Shown here piece by piece: positions 19,524 through 28,761 of a stretch of 64,000 nt of DNA (within the stretch, counting starts at the first letter, position 1; each line of letters begins with the position of its first letter). Location of the stretch: positions 102,709 through 166,708 of the forward strand of contig CAYQJB010000001.1 of assembly GCA_964417855.1 (NCBI GenBank), in the 5' to 3' direction. This stretch comes from an uncultured Candidatus Saccharibacteria bacterium. Its GTDB lineage: Bacteria > Patescibacteriota > Minisyncoccia > Phycocordibacterales > CAIZLB01. The notes beneath the pieces were generated by a model, which did no database searches, was not told the origin of the DNA, and was given only the letters and a program-made list of their open reading frames with translations. Position numbers and translations under genes: made by a program.

Positions 19524-19596
19524 TGCGAGCACTAGGATTCGAACCTAGGACCGGTCGTGTATAAGACGACTGCTCTACCAACTGAGCTATGCTCGC
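19524..19596 (-). tRNA. tRNA with anticodon UAU (AUA-decoding tRNA-Ile2 type)
   Basis: GCGAGCA acceptor. D-arm TAGCTCAGTTGGTAGAGC. Anticodon stem GTCGT/ACGAC with loop CTTATAC. T-arm CTAGGTTCGAATCCTAG. No CCA. Confidence 0.8.
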
Positions 19597-19670
19597 ATGT
19601 GCCCATATTACACCACTTTTAATCTTTAGAAAAGGGCTGTAATAAATAGGTAGTCAACCCCATCTCACAC

Positions 19671-21740
19671 CTATATAATCTCCGACTTCTTCTTTGGCAT
19701 AATTCCATTAGCAACCAAAATTGCATCAAAATCAGCTTGTTCCAAAGTTTCTTTATCTATCAATGCAACTGAAATAGCATCCAAAACATTACGCTTTTCA
19801 GTTATAACATCAAGCGCAATCTTATATGAATCATTCATAATTTTTGAAATTTCTTGATCAATCACAGCTGCGGTTTGTGCAGAATATTCTTGCTCCCCCA
19901 CCCCTCTTCCAGACATAGCTCTACCGTTTCCCTCTAGTGCGATTGGACCAATTTTATCTGACATACCATATCTTGTAACCATGTCGCGCGCCAAGGCACT
20001 TGCAACCTGCAAATCATTTGATGAACCAGTAGTTAACTCGTCAAAAATATGTTTCTCAACAACATATCCACCAAGTGAAACAACAATGTCATCCAAGAAT
20101 TCTTTTTTAGATTGTAACTTTCTATCCTCAAGAGGAAGCTTCATTGTGTATCCAGCTGCACGACCACGAGAAATTATGGAAACCTTGTGAACAGGATCTG
20201 CATGTTCTAGAACTGACGCAAGCAAAGCATGTCCCGCCTCATGATATGCAGTCAATTCCTTTTCCTTCTTTCCCAATAAATGACTTTTTCTTTCAGGACC
20301 TAATAATACTTTTTCAATTGAACGAATCAAATCATATTGCCCCACCTTAGTTCTATCTTCTCTTGCTGCAAGAATTGCAGCTTCATTAACCAATGAATGC
20401 AAATCTGCACCAGACAGACCTGATGTACGTGATGCAATAACATCCAAATTAACATCCTCAGCAAGTGGCTTATTTTTAGTATGAACCTCAAGTATCGCTT
20501 CTCTATCTTTTCTATCTGGTAGATCAATAATTACTCTTCTATCAAATCTTCCAGGACGAAGAAGTGCGGGGTCAAGAACATCCGGTCTGTTTGTTGCAGC
20601 CATCATAATAACTTTTTCTGTTGGTTCAAAACCATCCATCTCAACAAGAATTTGATTGAGTGTTTGTTCACGTTCATCATTTCCTCCGCCAATTCCAGTT
20701 CCTCTAACGCGTCCTACTGCGTCAATTTCATCTATGAATATAATTGCAGGCGCAGATGCTTTTGCTAGCTTAAATAAATCTCTTACACGAGACGCTCCAA
20801 CTCCAACAAACATTTCCACAAACTCTGCACCAGACACAGAAAAGAATGCGACACCAGCCTCCCCTGCTACAGCGCGGGCCAAAAGAGTTTTTCCAGTTCC
20901 AGGAGCACCAGTTAATAATATTCCCTTTGGAATTCTTGCTCCAATTTTAATAAATTTTTCAGGATTTTTTAAGAAGTCTACAATCTCCGCCAATTCTTGC
21001 TTTGCTTCTTTTGCTCCGGCAACGTCTTTGAATGTAACTTTTGCTTTTGTATCATCAGGAGAAATCATTCTTGCTCGAGTTTGTCCAAAGCTCATTGCTT
21101 GCATATTGGCACCACGTGCTTGTTTTGATATGTACCAAATTATGAAAATCAAAAATACTATAGGTAGTGCAAAGGGAATAATATTTGCAGCCCAGAACCA
21201 TGCACCTCTATCATCCTTATTCTCTATTTTTACTTGAGATAATTTCAAAGGATCAACGCCAAGATTTTTTAATGAATCAGAAAGTGAACTTTGCGCTTCT
21301 TTTTGAGTTGTTTTCTTTAATACAGATGCAATTGCAGCAATAGAAGTTGACGACGTAGTCGCTGGGGTACCTACGGGAATTACTTCAGCAATTGCAGTTG
21401 ATGAAGTTGCTACACCCAGGTATTCAATATTAACCTTATCCCCCACAACCTCAACTCTTGAAACTTTTCCATCATTTATATCTGTTGCAAGTTCTGACAA
21501 ACTTATTTCCTTTATAACCTCAGGAGTACTGTAGAACAAAACGTACATAGCAATGATTGCTATGAAGATAAGGAATGTGGCAAAAAAATTATTTAATATT
21601 AAACCACCAACCTCGGGCATCTTTCTAGGTACCTTTGGTGACTTAGGTGTTTTTGATCCTAGCTTAGACTTTTGCGATAAGTCCTTACCCTGATTATCTT
21701 GCTTATTGTTGTCTTTTGTCATTTGGGCGAAGTATAGCAA
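19671..21740 (-). CDS. ftsH: ATP-dependent zinc metalloprotease FtsH
   Basis: Walker [19 protein letters not shown], second region of homology, HEAGHA zinc site. N-terminal TM plus periplasmic domain. Confidence 0.9.
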   Translation of the reverse strand: MLYFAQMTKDNNKQDNQGKDLSQKSKLGSKTPKSPKVPRKMPEVGGLILNNFFATFLIFIAIIAMYVLFYSTPEVIKEISLSELATDINDGKVSRVEVVGDKVNIEYLGVATSSTAIAEVIPVGTPATTSSTSIAAIASVLKKTTQKEAQSSLSDSLKNLGVDPLKLSQVKIENKDDRGAWFWAANIIPFALPIVFLIFIIWYISKQARGANMQAMSFGQTRARMISPDDTKAKVTFKDVAGAKEAKQELAEIVDFLKNPEKFIKIGARIPKGILLTGAPGTGKTLLARAVAGEAGVAFFSVSGAEFVEMFVGVGASRVRDLFKLAKASAPAIIFIDEIDAVGRVRGTGIGGGNDEREQTLNQILVEMDGFEPTEKVIMMAATNRPDVLDPALLRPGRFDRRVIIDLPDRKDREAILEVHTKNKPLAEDVNLDVIASRTSGLSGADLHSLVNEAAILAAREDRTKVGQYDLIRSIEKVLLGPERKSHLLGKKEKELTAYHEAGHALLASVLEHADPVHKVSIISRGRAAGYTMKLPLEDRKLQSKKEFLDDIVVSLGGYVVEKHIFDELTTGSSNDLQVASALARDMVTRYGMSDKIGPIALEGNGRAMSGRGVGEQEYSAQTAAVIDQEISKIMNDSYKIALDVITEKRNVLDAISVALIDKETLEQADFDAILVANGIMPKKKSEII

Positions 21741-21803
21741 ATAAGAACTAAATTTACCACAATATACATTGACAAAATCCTAAAATTATGTATTATATGG
21801 TTC

Positions 21804-22243
21804 CCATTAGATGGGTTCTCAGGACGCCACGTCCCATAACCGACTCACGTTAGTTATTTGGCTTCTGCAGATTGCGTAAAGACCAGCTAGACGATACCTA
21901 GGCTCCAGCAGGACGAGCCTAAAGCTTTAACCGAAAAGCTGCCTAGGTGTTGTCAATCTTTCAAAATGAAGAATTGGCTAAAAGAGAGGTGTATGTTCTG
22001 CTCATGCCGTGCATCAGACAATCTAAAACACCCACAAATGTATTCAGTTTGTTTGTTTGACTGAATGCAAGAACGCAATAGGAATAGTTTACGTCACAAT
22101 GAGATTTAGGCGGAACTAAAACCATATTGTTGCGGAAAGTTTGCTGACAACTGATTTGACTCTGCCCTCATCTGGTCACTTCAGGTCTCAGTAATTCTCT
22201 TTTAAGGTCTCTTCGCCACTATGGCGGGGAGACCTATTTTTTT
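21804..22243 (+). ncRNA. Candidate structured ncRNA (~440 nt) between ftsH and smpB. Sigma70-like promoter (TTGACA 21769, TATTAT about 21791) and intrinsic terminator (22206..22234 + T7). Class unassigned
   Basis: 570 bp lack any ORF of 60 aa or more in six frames. Multiple nested helices (cctaggc...gcctagg, ggctc...gagcc). Terminator ggtctcttcgcc acta tggcggggagacc then tattttttt. Confidence 0.3.
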
Positions 22244-22348
22244 ACCTAAACAATCCTTAAATACCAACGCCTCGTCATTAATACTGCTTTCAAACTGTTT
22301 GGATATGATATAATACCAAAGCCCCATCAGACACCAAGGTCAATCAAA

Positions 22349-22798
22349 ATGAAAATTTTAGTCAAAAATCAAAAAGTCTTCTTTAATTACGATATACAGG
22401 ACAAACATGTTGCTGGTATTGAGCTTTTTGGTCATGAAGTAAAATCAATCAAGGGAGGCCGAGGTAGTATGGAGGGTTCATATATTATAGTTAGAGGAGG
22501 AGAAGCCTTTATAATAGGGCTAGATATACCAGCTTTTCAGGCAAACAATACACCTGATGGGTATGACCCAAAAAGGAACAGAAGATTATTGCTAAAGAAG
22601 AAGGAAATACTAGCTTTAGCAGAAAAGGAGAAGGAAAAAGGCTTGACGATAGTACCAATATCGTTGTATAATGATGGGCGCAGAATCAAACTTGAGTTTG
22701 GTATTGCAAAGGGAAAGAAGAAATTTGACAAACGTCAGACTATCAAAACCCGCGAGAGTAACAAGGAAATCCTTAGAACTCTCAAGGACGGAAGATAG
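22349..22798 (+). CDS. smpB: SsrA-binding protein SmpB
   Basis: FFNYDIQDKHVAGIELFGHEVKSIK ... RNRRLLLKKKEI matches SmpB conserved motifs. Immediately upstream of tmRNA. Confidence 0.9.
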   Translation: MKILVKNQKVFFNYDIQDKHVAGIELFGHEVKSIKGGRGSMEGSYIIVRGGEAFIIGLDIPAFQANNTPDGYDPKRNRRLLLKKKEILALAEKEKEKGLTIVPISLYNDGRRIKLEFGIAKGKKKFDKRQTIKTRESNKEILRTLKDGR

Positions 22799-22841
22799 GT
22801 ACCCCCCTAATCAAAATAGGAGTACGGTCTGACAATAATAT

Positions 22842-23239
22842 GGGGATGACATGCTTCGACACATGTCTGTATTCTTTATGTGCGTAACCGAGTGTCCTAG
22901 AATCTCGTTAAACTTCAGGAAACCTTAGATGCAAAAGCCCAAAAAGCAGTTGTTTCTCCATTTTTTGGAGTAAACAGCTTTGCATTTGCAACGGTTAGAG
23001 CCTAGCTCGCCCTCTTGCAACGTTCTTGTCTACTCTTTCTGTAGGTAGATAAAGGGCGCAATATATACAGGATAGGTTTGTAGAGTTTCTTAGACTACAA
23101 TCCAAAATCAATAAGATCGGTGACGCTGCGTTTTGATACTTTTATAGTATCGTCACTTAAAACCAAAAAATTGTCTACGTTACGTAGACTCATAAAGAAA
23201 CAACGTGTGCACGCGGGTTCAATTCCCGCCATCTCCACC
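22842..23239 (+). ncRNA. ssrA: tmRNA (ssrA), standard one-piece
   Basis: 5' end GGGGATGACATGCTTCGACA (compare E. coli GGGGCUGAUUCUGGAUUCGACG). 3' tRNA-like end GCGGGTTCAATTCCCGCCATCTCCACC with G3:U70 pair (compare GCGGGUUCAACUCCCGCCAGCUCCACCA). Candidate resume codon GCA at about 22930 preceded by UAG-AU as in E. coli UAG-UC-GCA. Putative tag reading frame ends ...AFATVRA-UAG. Confidence 0.85.
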
Positions 23240-23410
23240 GACAAACATAAGCCACCAAGCGTAAGCGAGGTGGTTTTATGTTTGGCGGATAAAGATGACC
23301 GCCAGGAATTGAAAGGCGGAAGAAAAGCTCTGGGAGAGGTTTTCTGAGCCGGGGTCGCGAGTACTTAGCGAAGACGAGCCATGCGAAGTCTGAGCTTAGT
23401 AACTCGTGAC

Positions 23411-23429
23411 CAATTCCCGCCATCTCCAC
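23411..23429 (+). repeat. 19-nt perfect direct repeat of the tmRNA 3' end (caattcccgccatctccac; first copy 23220..23238). att-like footprint
   Basis: Exact duplicate 173 nt downstream of the tmRNA gene end, followed by terminator 23433..23461 + T5. Confidence 0.7.
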
Positions 23430-23432
23430 AAA

Positions 23433-23466
23433 AAAATCTAACCGCCGAAAGGCGGTTAGATTTTTG
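23433..23466 (+). terminator. Intrinsic terminator (tctaaccgcc gaaa ggcggttaga + TTTTT) after the ssrA region
   Basis: Perfect 10-bp stem, GAAA loop, T-run. Confidence 0.7.
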
Positions 23467-23516
23467 TAGTATGCTGCCGAACGCAGCCAGAGAATCGCAA
23501 CATAACTTTGATTAAA

Positions 23517-24296
23517 TTAATTTAAGTATAAAGTTTTAGTTTCTTTATTTAAAATATAATAAAGCATTCTTTTGTCATTTTCTCTAAGGTACCCCAATTT
23601 ATTAAATAGAACTGAATAATTTCCAAAACTTGTATTATTCAACCAAACTGTCGCAGTAACATCAAGAGAGGTTCCATTGGCTATAAAACAGTATTGATTG
23701 CCTTCAAAGGGAATATTTTTCTTTGAAGTAGAGCAATTAACTTTGGATGATTGTATCCCCTTAAATTCCCCTCCTTTAATTGAATAAGAAATTCCAGTCA
23801 GACCCTTAGTTGAATCTGTTGTGGTCATTGGGATGTAAAAATCATCCCCTTTTGCAGTAACACGCAGACGAATTTCATAACCTCCATATCCAGGATATAT
23901 TGTTTGCATTAAGTTTGGTTCTTCAACGACAAGGTTTGGATTGTTGTCTTGGACAGCCTCTGTGTAAGCTGGTTTTACTATTTGCTTGTCTTCAGTGGGA
24001 GACACAACTGTTGTCTTCTTATTTACAGATGTATTTGTATTAACATTAGATTTCGTAGTGGCTTTAATATTAGACGTAGATGAAGTCGACCTTTCCATGG
24101 TCTTATTATCATCTTTTAATTTATTTTCCAACTCTGCAATTTTATTTTCTAATAAAGAATTTTTTATCATCATGTCTTTTTGATAATCTCCATTATTTTT
24201 CCAACCAAAAATGTTTCCAAAATAAACAAGTGCCCCACAAATAATTAAAATGGTGACAACAATGGTTATTAGATAAATCATGAATTTATTTTTCAT
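23517..24296 (-). CDS. Membrane-anchored hypothetical protein (TM, coiled coil, Ser/Thr/Asn-rich linker, C-terminal beta-rich domain)
   Basis: 259-aa ORF with N-terminal TM helix. No recognised family. Confidence 0.45.
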   Translation of the reverse strand: MKNKFMIYLITIVVTILIICGALVYFGNIFGWKNNGDYQKDMMIKNSLLENKIAELENKLKDDNKTMERSTSSTSNIKATTKSNVNTNTSVNKKTTVVSPTEDKQIVKPAYTEAVQDNNPNLVVEEPNLMQTIYPGYGGYEIRLRVTAKGDDFYIPMTTTDSTKGLTGISYSIKGGEFKGIQSSKVNCSTSKKNIPFEGNQYCFIANGTSLDVTATVWLNNTSFGNYSVLFNKLGYLRENDKRMLYYILNKETKTLYLN

Positions 24297-24846
24297 ACTA
24301 TAAGATTAAACTAAACTATAAAATTTACAAGTTGATTGTCCTAAAATATCATTACCTTAGCCTACTAGTGCGAGTTTAATTCCCCTATTGTAATACCTAA
24401 AATACAAAATACTACCTACAAACATAACTGTTATTTAACTGTTGTTGCATTAAAATCGCCTCAGACGCCTCAAATACCAAAGAACGTAGTTGGTTCCAAC
24501 TTTCAGATACAATGTCCACAAAATTAAGGAACGAAGTGACTATAATTTTGTAGGACTCATCCGAGCACAAGCGAGGAGGAGTATCACAAAAAAATAGTTA
24601 AAACCCGTGCAAGCGGGTTTTTCCTTTACACAATAATTACACCGTAGAGGAAAACCGTACATATTTTACAAACCCCACATTGACAAATCTCAATTAAATG
24701 CTTTAATAATACTTGAATCAGCAGATCTTTGAGTGACGCATGGGGGGGGTGGAATTTGACGGTATCTTTGAGGATATTTATATGTCTTTAAAGTTGCCGT
24801 CAAACAAAACAGCAATCAACAACAAACCATTGTCACACATACAAAA

Positions 24847-25233
24847 ATGAAAATATCGACGTTCCTCCTAATTGTCATAAGCGCAATTTTAATCAAGGCA
24901 TTCACCCTACACATAGAATCCTCAAAAATTATATATGAACAACTCCGGTATTCCGAAGTTCAAACGGACAGGGCGCTAGAAAACCTTACTGCTTCAAACC
25001 CAACATTGACCAACGATTACTTGGTGTCAATGAAGGAATTGTCTAGTCAGATTAAGAAGGCTAATGATTTTAATCGCAAGACCAATGCAATTTTTGGCAG
25101 CACATTCTTCTTTCTTTTTCTACTTTTATACAATCTCGCTGTGCTCCCTATCTTTCGATGGAGGCGGCATCAGAGAAGAGTAAGACGTTTACTTGAAAGA
25201 CAACATGCAACAGCACAGTCCGCAAGCGCGTAA
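24847..25233 (+). CDS. Small membrane protein (two TM segments), hypothetical
   Basis: 128 aa. Promoter-like TTGACA/TAATAAT upstream. Terminator hairpin 25236..25268. Confidence 0.4.
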   Translation: MKISTFLLIVISAILIKAFTLHIESSKIIYEQLRYSEVQTDRALENLTASNPTLTNDYLVSMKELSSQIKKANDFNRKTNAIFGSTFFFLFLLLYNLAVLPIFRWRRHQRRVRRLLERQHATAQSASA

Positions 25234-25351
25234 TTACCCCCCTGCATCATTCTGATGCAGGGGGGTTTATTGACACCTCTACCCTTCCGCTATAAGCTAT
25301 CATCAGCTAAACAAACTGCCAGCGACAGTACAAAACAGAACCTTTAAAATC

Positions 25352-25714
25352 ATGGACTCATTCAATGACCGTCTACTTTATTATATTGGTTTACTTTCCA
25401 ATGCTGACGACTCATACTCCCCCATTCAAATTAAATCACTAGCACTCGGCGTGTTTGTCACCGAAGACCGTCGTAATAGAGTTACTATCTTCTTTGATTC
25501 AGAAGAGTGGGAACTTGTGGACAATGGACAACAACAATGGATTACAGCAGGTAAAGTAAGTAAATATTATGGTATTGGAGCATTATGTTTTAATGGACAT
25601 GAAATGAACTTCTCTAATGTTTGTCGTTGGGCGAAAAAGAGCCTCCGTCCAATTTTTACAGGCACATGGAACCCCAAAGATACCCAAGCTAATATCCGTC
25701 TAGCGTTGAGCTAA
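25352..25714 (+). CDS. Hypothetical protein
   Basis: 120-aa ORF, balanced composition. Downstream long-range stem aaaatcccc/gggggatttt. Confidence 0.4.
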   Translation: MDSFNDRLLYYIGLLSNADDSYSPIQIKSLALGVFVTEDRRNRVTIFFDSEEWELVDNGQQQWITAGKVSKYYGIGALCFNGHEMNFSNVCRWAKKSLRPIFTGTWNPKDTQANIRLALS

Positions 25715-25824
25715 AAATCCCCTGCAACCAACAAAGTCCCCTATGGCCTAATTGGCTACGGGGGATTTTATTTTAGATAATTACACAACAATACAACATG
25801 CTATACTAATCATAATATAAAAAT

Positions 25825-26112
25825 ATGGCTCCAAAATTCTCTTCCAAAAAACTAACCAGAAGTCACACTACCCTAACAGATGCAGCTGGTGTAATTGTTA
25901 AGCATGCATCTCAAATGCCGGAGGTTTCAAAGATAAGTTTGGGAATTATCAAACCAATTTCTGTTGGAAAACAGAGAATAAAATTCCTCCCCATAACTGG
26001 TGGTGTAAAATCTATAATTCGAGGAAACTCATCGATTCAAGAAATTTTTATATATACAAAAGAACCTAAAACTACAATCAAAGTTTTAACGGATTATTTT
26101 AATAGTAAGTAA
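25825..26112 (+). CDS. Hypothetical protein
   Basis: 95-aa ORF. No family recognised. Confidence 0.35.
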   Translation: MAPKFSSKKLTRSHTTLTDAAGVIVKHASQMPEVSKISLGIIKPISVGKQRIKFLPITGGVKSIIRGNSSIQEIFIYTKEPKTTIKVLTDYFNSK

Positions 26113-26194
26113 GGATGTTGGGTAAGAATTAAAAAAATCTGTCCATCAAAAAATACTTGACACTTTTTTAGATAGTAGTAATATTCAAATTACC

Positions 26195-26560
26195 ACAAAA
26201 CGTGCTAGCGCACACAGTGGCTGTAGGAGTCTCCCTTAAGCTATGGGTCCAAACCCCATCAGACAAACGAGATGAATAGATGTGCCAAGTGGCCCCCGAA
26301 AGGGCAACCACCACAAAAGCAGTCAAACAGCCAATCAAGTGGTCACGGGCAACGGACGCAAACCAACATGAGGGATTCAATCATCCAATGGTAAACGTAA
26401 CGCCCCAAGTTTTCTGTCCGGAGTGTGTTCCTCCCCGTGCTGGGTCAAGCAAGCTTTGTTCTTGGCGATCAACAGCTTAATCCAGCACGGGCGAGTTTCC
26501 CACTCTATCAGTCTGACTAGTTCAGACTCACGCCGTCCAACCAATAGGTTGGCGGTTTTT
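26195..26560 (+). ncRNA. Candidate GC-rich structured ncRNA (about 365 nt) upstream of infC, with sigma70-like promoter (TTGACA 26157, TAATAT about 26180) and intrinsic terminator (ccaacc aata ggttgg cggtttttt). Class unassigned (possible L20-responsive infC leader and/or independent sRNA)
   Basis: About 50% GC against a 35% background. No ORF of 60 aa or more except short overlapping ones. Helices cccgtgctgg...ccagcacggg and GNRA-like gcccccgaaagggc. Confidence 0.4.
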
Positions 26561-26678
26561 TATTACCAGTTTTGTCACCAGATTTTTATCACTAGTTTTA
26601 TTACTAGAAACAACGTTCTTTTGACAATGTATATAGCCAAACTTTAAATCAAGTGCTATACTGCTTTTAATACAAAAT

Positions 26679-27197
26679 ATGGCAACACAAACAACACACG
26701 TAAGAATCAATCATCAAATACGCGCCTCAGAACTGCGTATGTTAGGACCTGAAGGAGAAAACTTTGGAATAATGAAATTTGACGACGCCATGGCCAAAGC
26801 CAGGGAGCTTGGAATGGATTTGATAGAGATATCCCCTAGAGCCAACCCACCAGTTGCAAAAATCATGGATTATGGTAAATTTCAGTACGACGAAAGCAAA
26901 AAACAGAAGCAGGCTAAAGCCAATGCAAAGAATTTTGAAGTTAAGAGTTTACAGGTAAAAATAGGCACAGGAGAGCATGATCTAGCTTTAAAGGCTAAGA
27001 AAGCCTCTGAATGGCTTGCGGAAGGTCATAGAATCAAGTTTGACCTCTTCCTACCTGGTAGAACTAAGTACCTAGATGAGAAGTTCTTGAAAGAGAGAAT
27101 GGACCGTTTACTACACTTATTAAGCACTGACTACAAAATAGCAGATCCAGCTAAGAAAAGTCCAAAGGGTTTAACAATCATTTTGGAGAAGGCATAG
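26679..27197 (+). CDS. infC: Translation initiation factor IF-3
   Basis: RINHQIRASELRMLGPEGENFGIM and the C-terminal domain match IF-3. Followed by rpmI-rplT. Confidence 0.9.
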   Translation: MATQTTHVRINHQIRASELRMLGPEGENFGIMKFDDAMAKARELGMDLIEISPRANPPVAKIMDYGKFQYDESKKQKQAKANAKNFEVKSLQVKIGTGEHDLALKAKKASEWLAEGHRIKFDLFLPGRTKYLDEKFLKERMDRLLHLLSTDYKIADPAKKSPKGLTIILEKA

Positions 27198-27355
27198 TTG
27201 GTACTTTGCAGGTTTTATCCTCGCCTACCTTGTGATAGAGGGCTGTGGGCTCCTTACTCCACCTGTACATCAATCACGTTCGTCTTAAATTATCAGTTAG
27301 TAATAAATGAATCAGTCTATAGTACCTAGTATTAAGTCTAGTTCAAATCAAAAAT

Positions 27356-27541
27356 ATGAAGACAAATAAGTCCTATTCAAAACGTCTTAAGGTCACTAAA
27401 AATGGTAAAATCATTTCAAGAGCCAAGGGACAAAACCACTTCAATTCAAAAAACAGTGGTAGACAGGGAATCGCAAAAGGTCGTACAGTAGAATTTGTTA
27501 TGAGCACTCGTGATAGACGTCGTTTCTTGGCGCAATCATAA
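27356..27541 (+). CDS. rpmI: 50S ribosomal protein L35
   Basis: 61-aa basic protein in the conserved infC-rpmI-rplT context. Confidence 0.8.
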   Translation: MKTNKSYSKRLKVTKNGKIISRAKGQNHFNSKNSGRQGIAKGRTVEFVMSTRDRRRFLAQS

Positions 27542-27585
27542 TTTCGCATAATCTTAAAAGATTTTAAAAACATAATCAAAAATAT

Positions 27586-27978
27586 ATGGTACGTATAAAA
27601 AAAGGTGTTACAGCTCTTAAAACAAGAAGATATATTCTTAAAGCAGCTAAGGGATTCAGAGGACCACGTAAGAGTAAGGAGAAGCTAGCAAATGAACAAC
27701 TTGTTCATTCATACGCAGCAGCTTTTGCTCACAGAAGAGACAAAAAGGGAGATTTCAGACGTTTATGGAATGTTAGAATAAACGCAGCAATCAGACCTTT
27801 CGGAGTTTCTTACAGTAAATTCATAGGAATGCTAAAGGCACAAAACATTGAGCTAGACAGAAAGACTCTTTCTGAAATGGCCCAAAATGCTCCAGCTTCA
27901 TTTGAAAGAGTTGCAAAGCAAGTTCTAGCTAAGGCTGGAACTGAGGCAAAGGAGGTAGTAGAGATATTAGAGGCGTAA
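27586..27978 (+). CDS. rplT: 50S ribosomal protein L20
   Basis: MVRIKKGVTALKTRRYILKAAKGFRGPRK L20 N-terminal motif. Confidence 0.9.
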   Translation: MVRIKKGVTALKTRRYILKAAKGFRGPRKSKEKLANEQLVHSYAAAFAHRRDKKGDFRRLWNVRINAAIRPFGVSYSKFIGMLKAQNIELDRKTLSEMAQNAPASFERVAKQVLAKAGTEAKEVVEILEA

Positions 27979-28003
27979 GTTTCAAAATAACTAAATAAAA
28001 AAA

Positions 28004-28028
28004 TACCCTGAGTTCATCACTCAGGGTA
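28004..28028. terminator. Bidirectional terminator (taccctgagt tcatc actcagggta + T7)
   Basis: Perfect 10-bp stem with A-run on the left and T-run on the right. Confidence 0.65.
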
Positions 28029-28058
28029 TTTTTTTATGCCCCCCCATCTTACCTCATT

Positions 28059-28718
28059 CTACAAAACTCGCTCCCCTTTGCTTCCGCCCACTCCATCATC
28101 GTTCTTGTAAGCATGTAAATGTTTCTTCTCTTTTGGTAGCATATCTAGCAGTCTTTCAACAAGACGCTTTGGATTATCATCAAAAATAACATGAGTATTT
28201 GGTCTATGACTTTTCTCCATGAATATTTTAAGCAAATCCCCTGTCTCCCACTCCTTACTTGTAAGTATTCCAAGAGGTTTTTGATCTTCATAACAAACTG
28301 CGAACTCATGAAGTGTTCCAATTCTACCAGGGCCGATAATCACAGCGTCACATGAGCGTGTAAAAAGTAGATCTCTGCCGTTGTATCCAAAACCTGTATA
28401 GATTATAAAATCCATATAGTCCACAGGTAATCTGTAAACATTTATATGCTCATCAGCACTGGATGCTGGTGAAAAACCAACGGAAATACCACCGGATTCT
28501 TTACAACCAACAGCTGACCAGTATGGAAAACCTGTTGTTGCCCCCGTTATAAGTATTGCTCCTTGTCTTGTTATCTCTCTTCCAACCTCTTTTGCAGAAA
28601 GGTATACATCCTCATTTAGAAAACCCATGTCCGCAGCACCAGATACACCAATTTTTGGTATCAGGTGATTTTTTTTATTGGTGTTATTTAAGGAATTAGT
28701 TAAAGGATTGGGGTTCAT
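28059..28718 (-). CDS. LOG/TIGR00725-family Rossmann-fold protein (lysine-decarboxylase-like, SLOG)
   Basis: AVIIGPGRIGTLHEF matches the PGGxGTxxE LOG motif. Confidence 0.65.
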   Translation of the reverse strand: MNPNPLTNSLNNTNKKNHLIPKIGVSGAADMGFLNEDVYLSAKEVGREITRQGAILITGATTGFPYWSAVGCKESGGISVGFSPASSADEHINVYRLPVDYMDFIIYTGFGYNGRDLLFTRSCDAVIIGPGRIGTLHEFAVCYEDQKPLGILTSKEWETGDLLKIFMEKSHRPNTHVIFDDNPKRLVERLLDMLPKEKKHLHAYKNDDGVGGSKGERVL

Positions 28719-28761
28719 ATTTATTTTATTATACAGCTAGTTATCTAAAAAACAAAATAAA

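Noticed and set aside
20656-21237. 193-aa plus-strand ORF
   Set aside because: Antisense within ftsH. Ala/Pro/Ser-rich mirror of the coding strand.
23120-23429. 75-aa (+) and 79-aa (-) ORFs
   Set aside because: They overlap the tmRNA 3' domain and its duplicated end. The region is explained by ssrA.
26195-26560. RNase P RNA identity for the infC-upstream ncRNA
   Set aside because: I could not find the P4 strands (GGAAAGUCCGG / ACAGAANCCGGCUUA) or the GGUAAGAGCGCACC element on either strand. Left unassigned.
26168-26710. Four short ORFs (60-74 aa)
   Set aside because: Mutually overlapping, in a GC-rich hairpin-dense segment with its own promoter and terminator. Interpreted as an ncRNA candidate instead.
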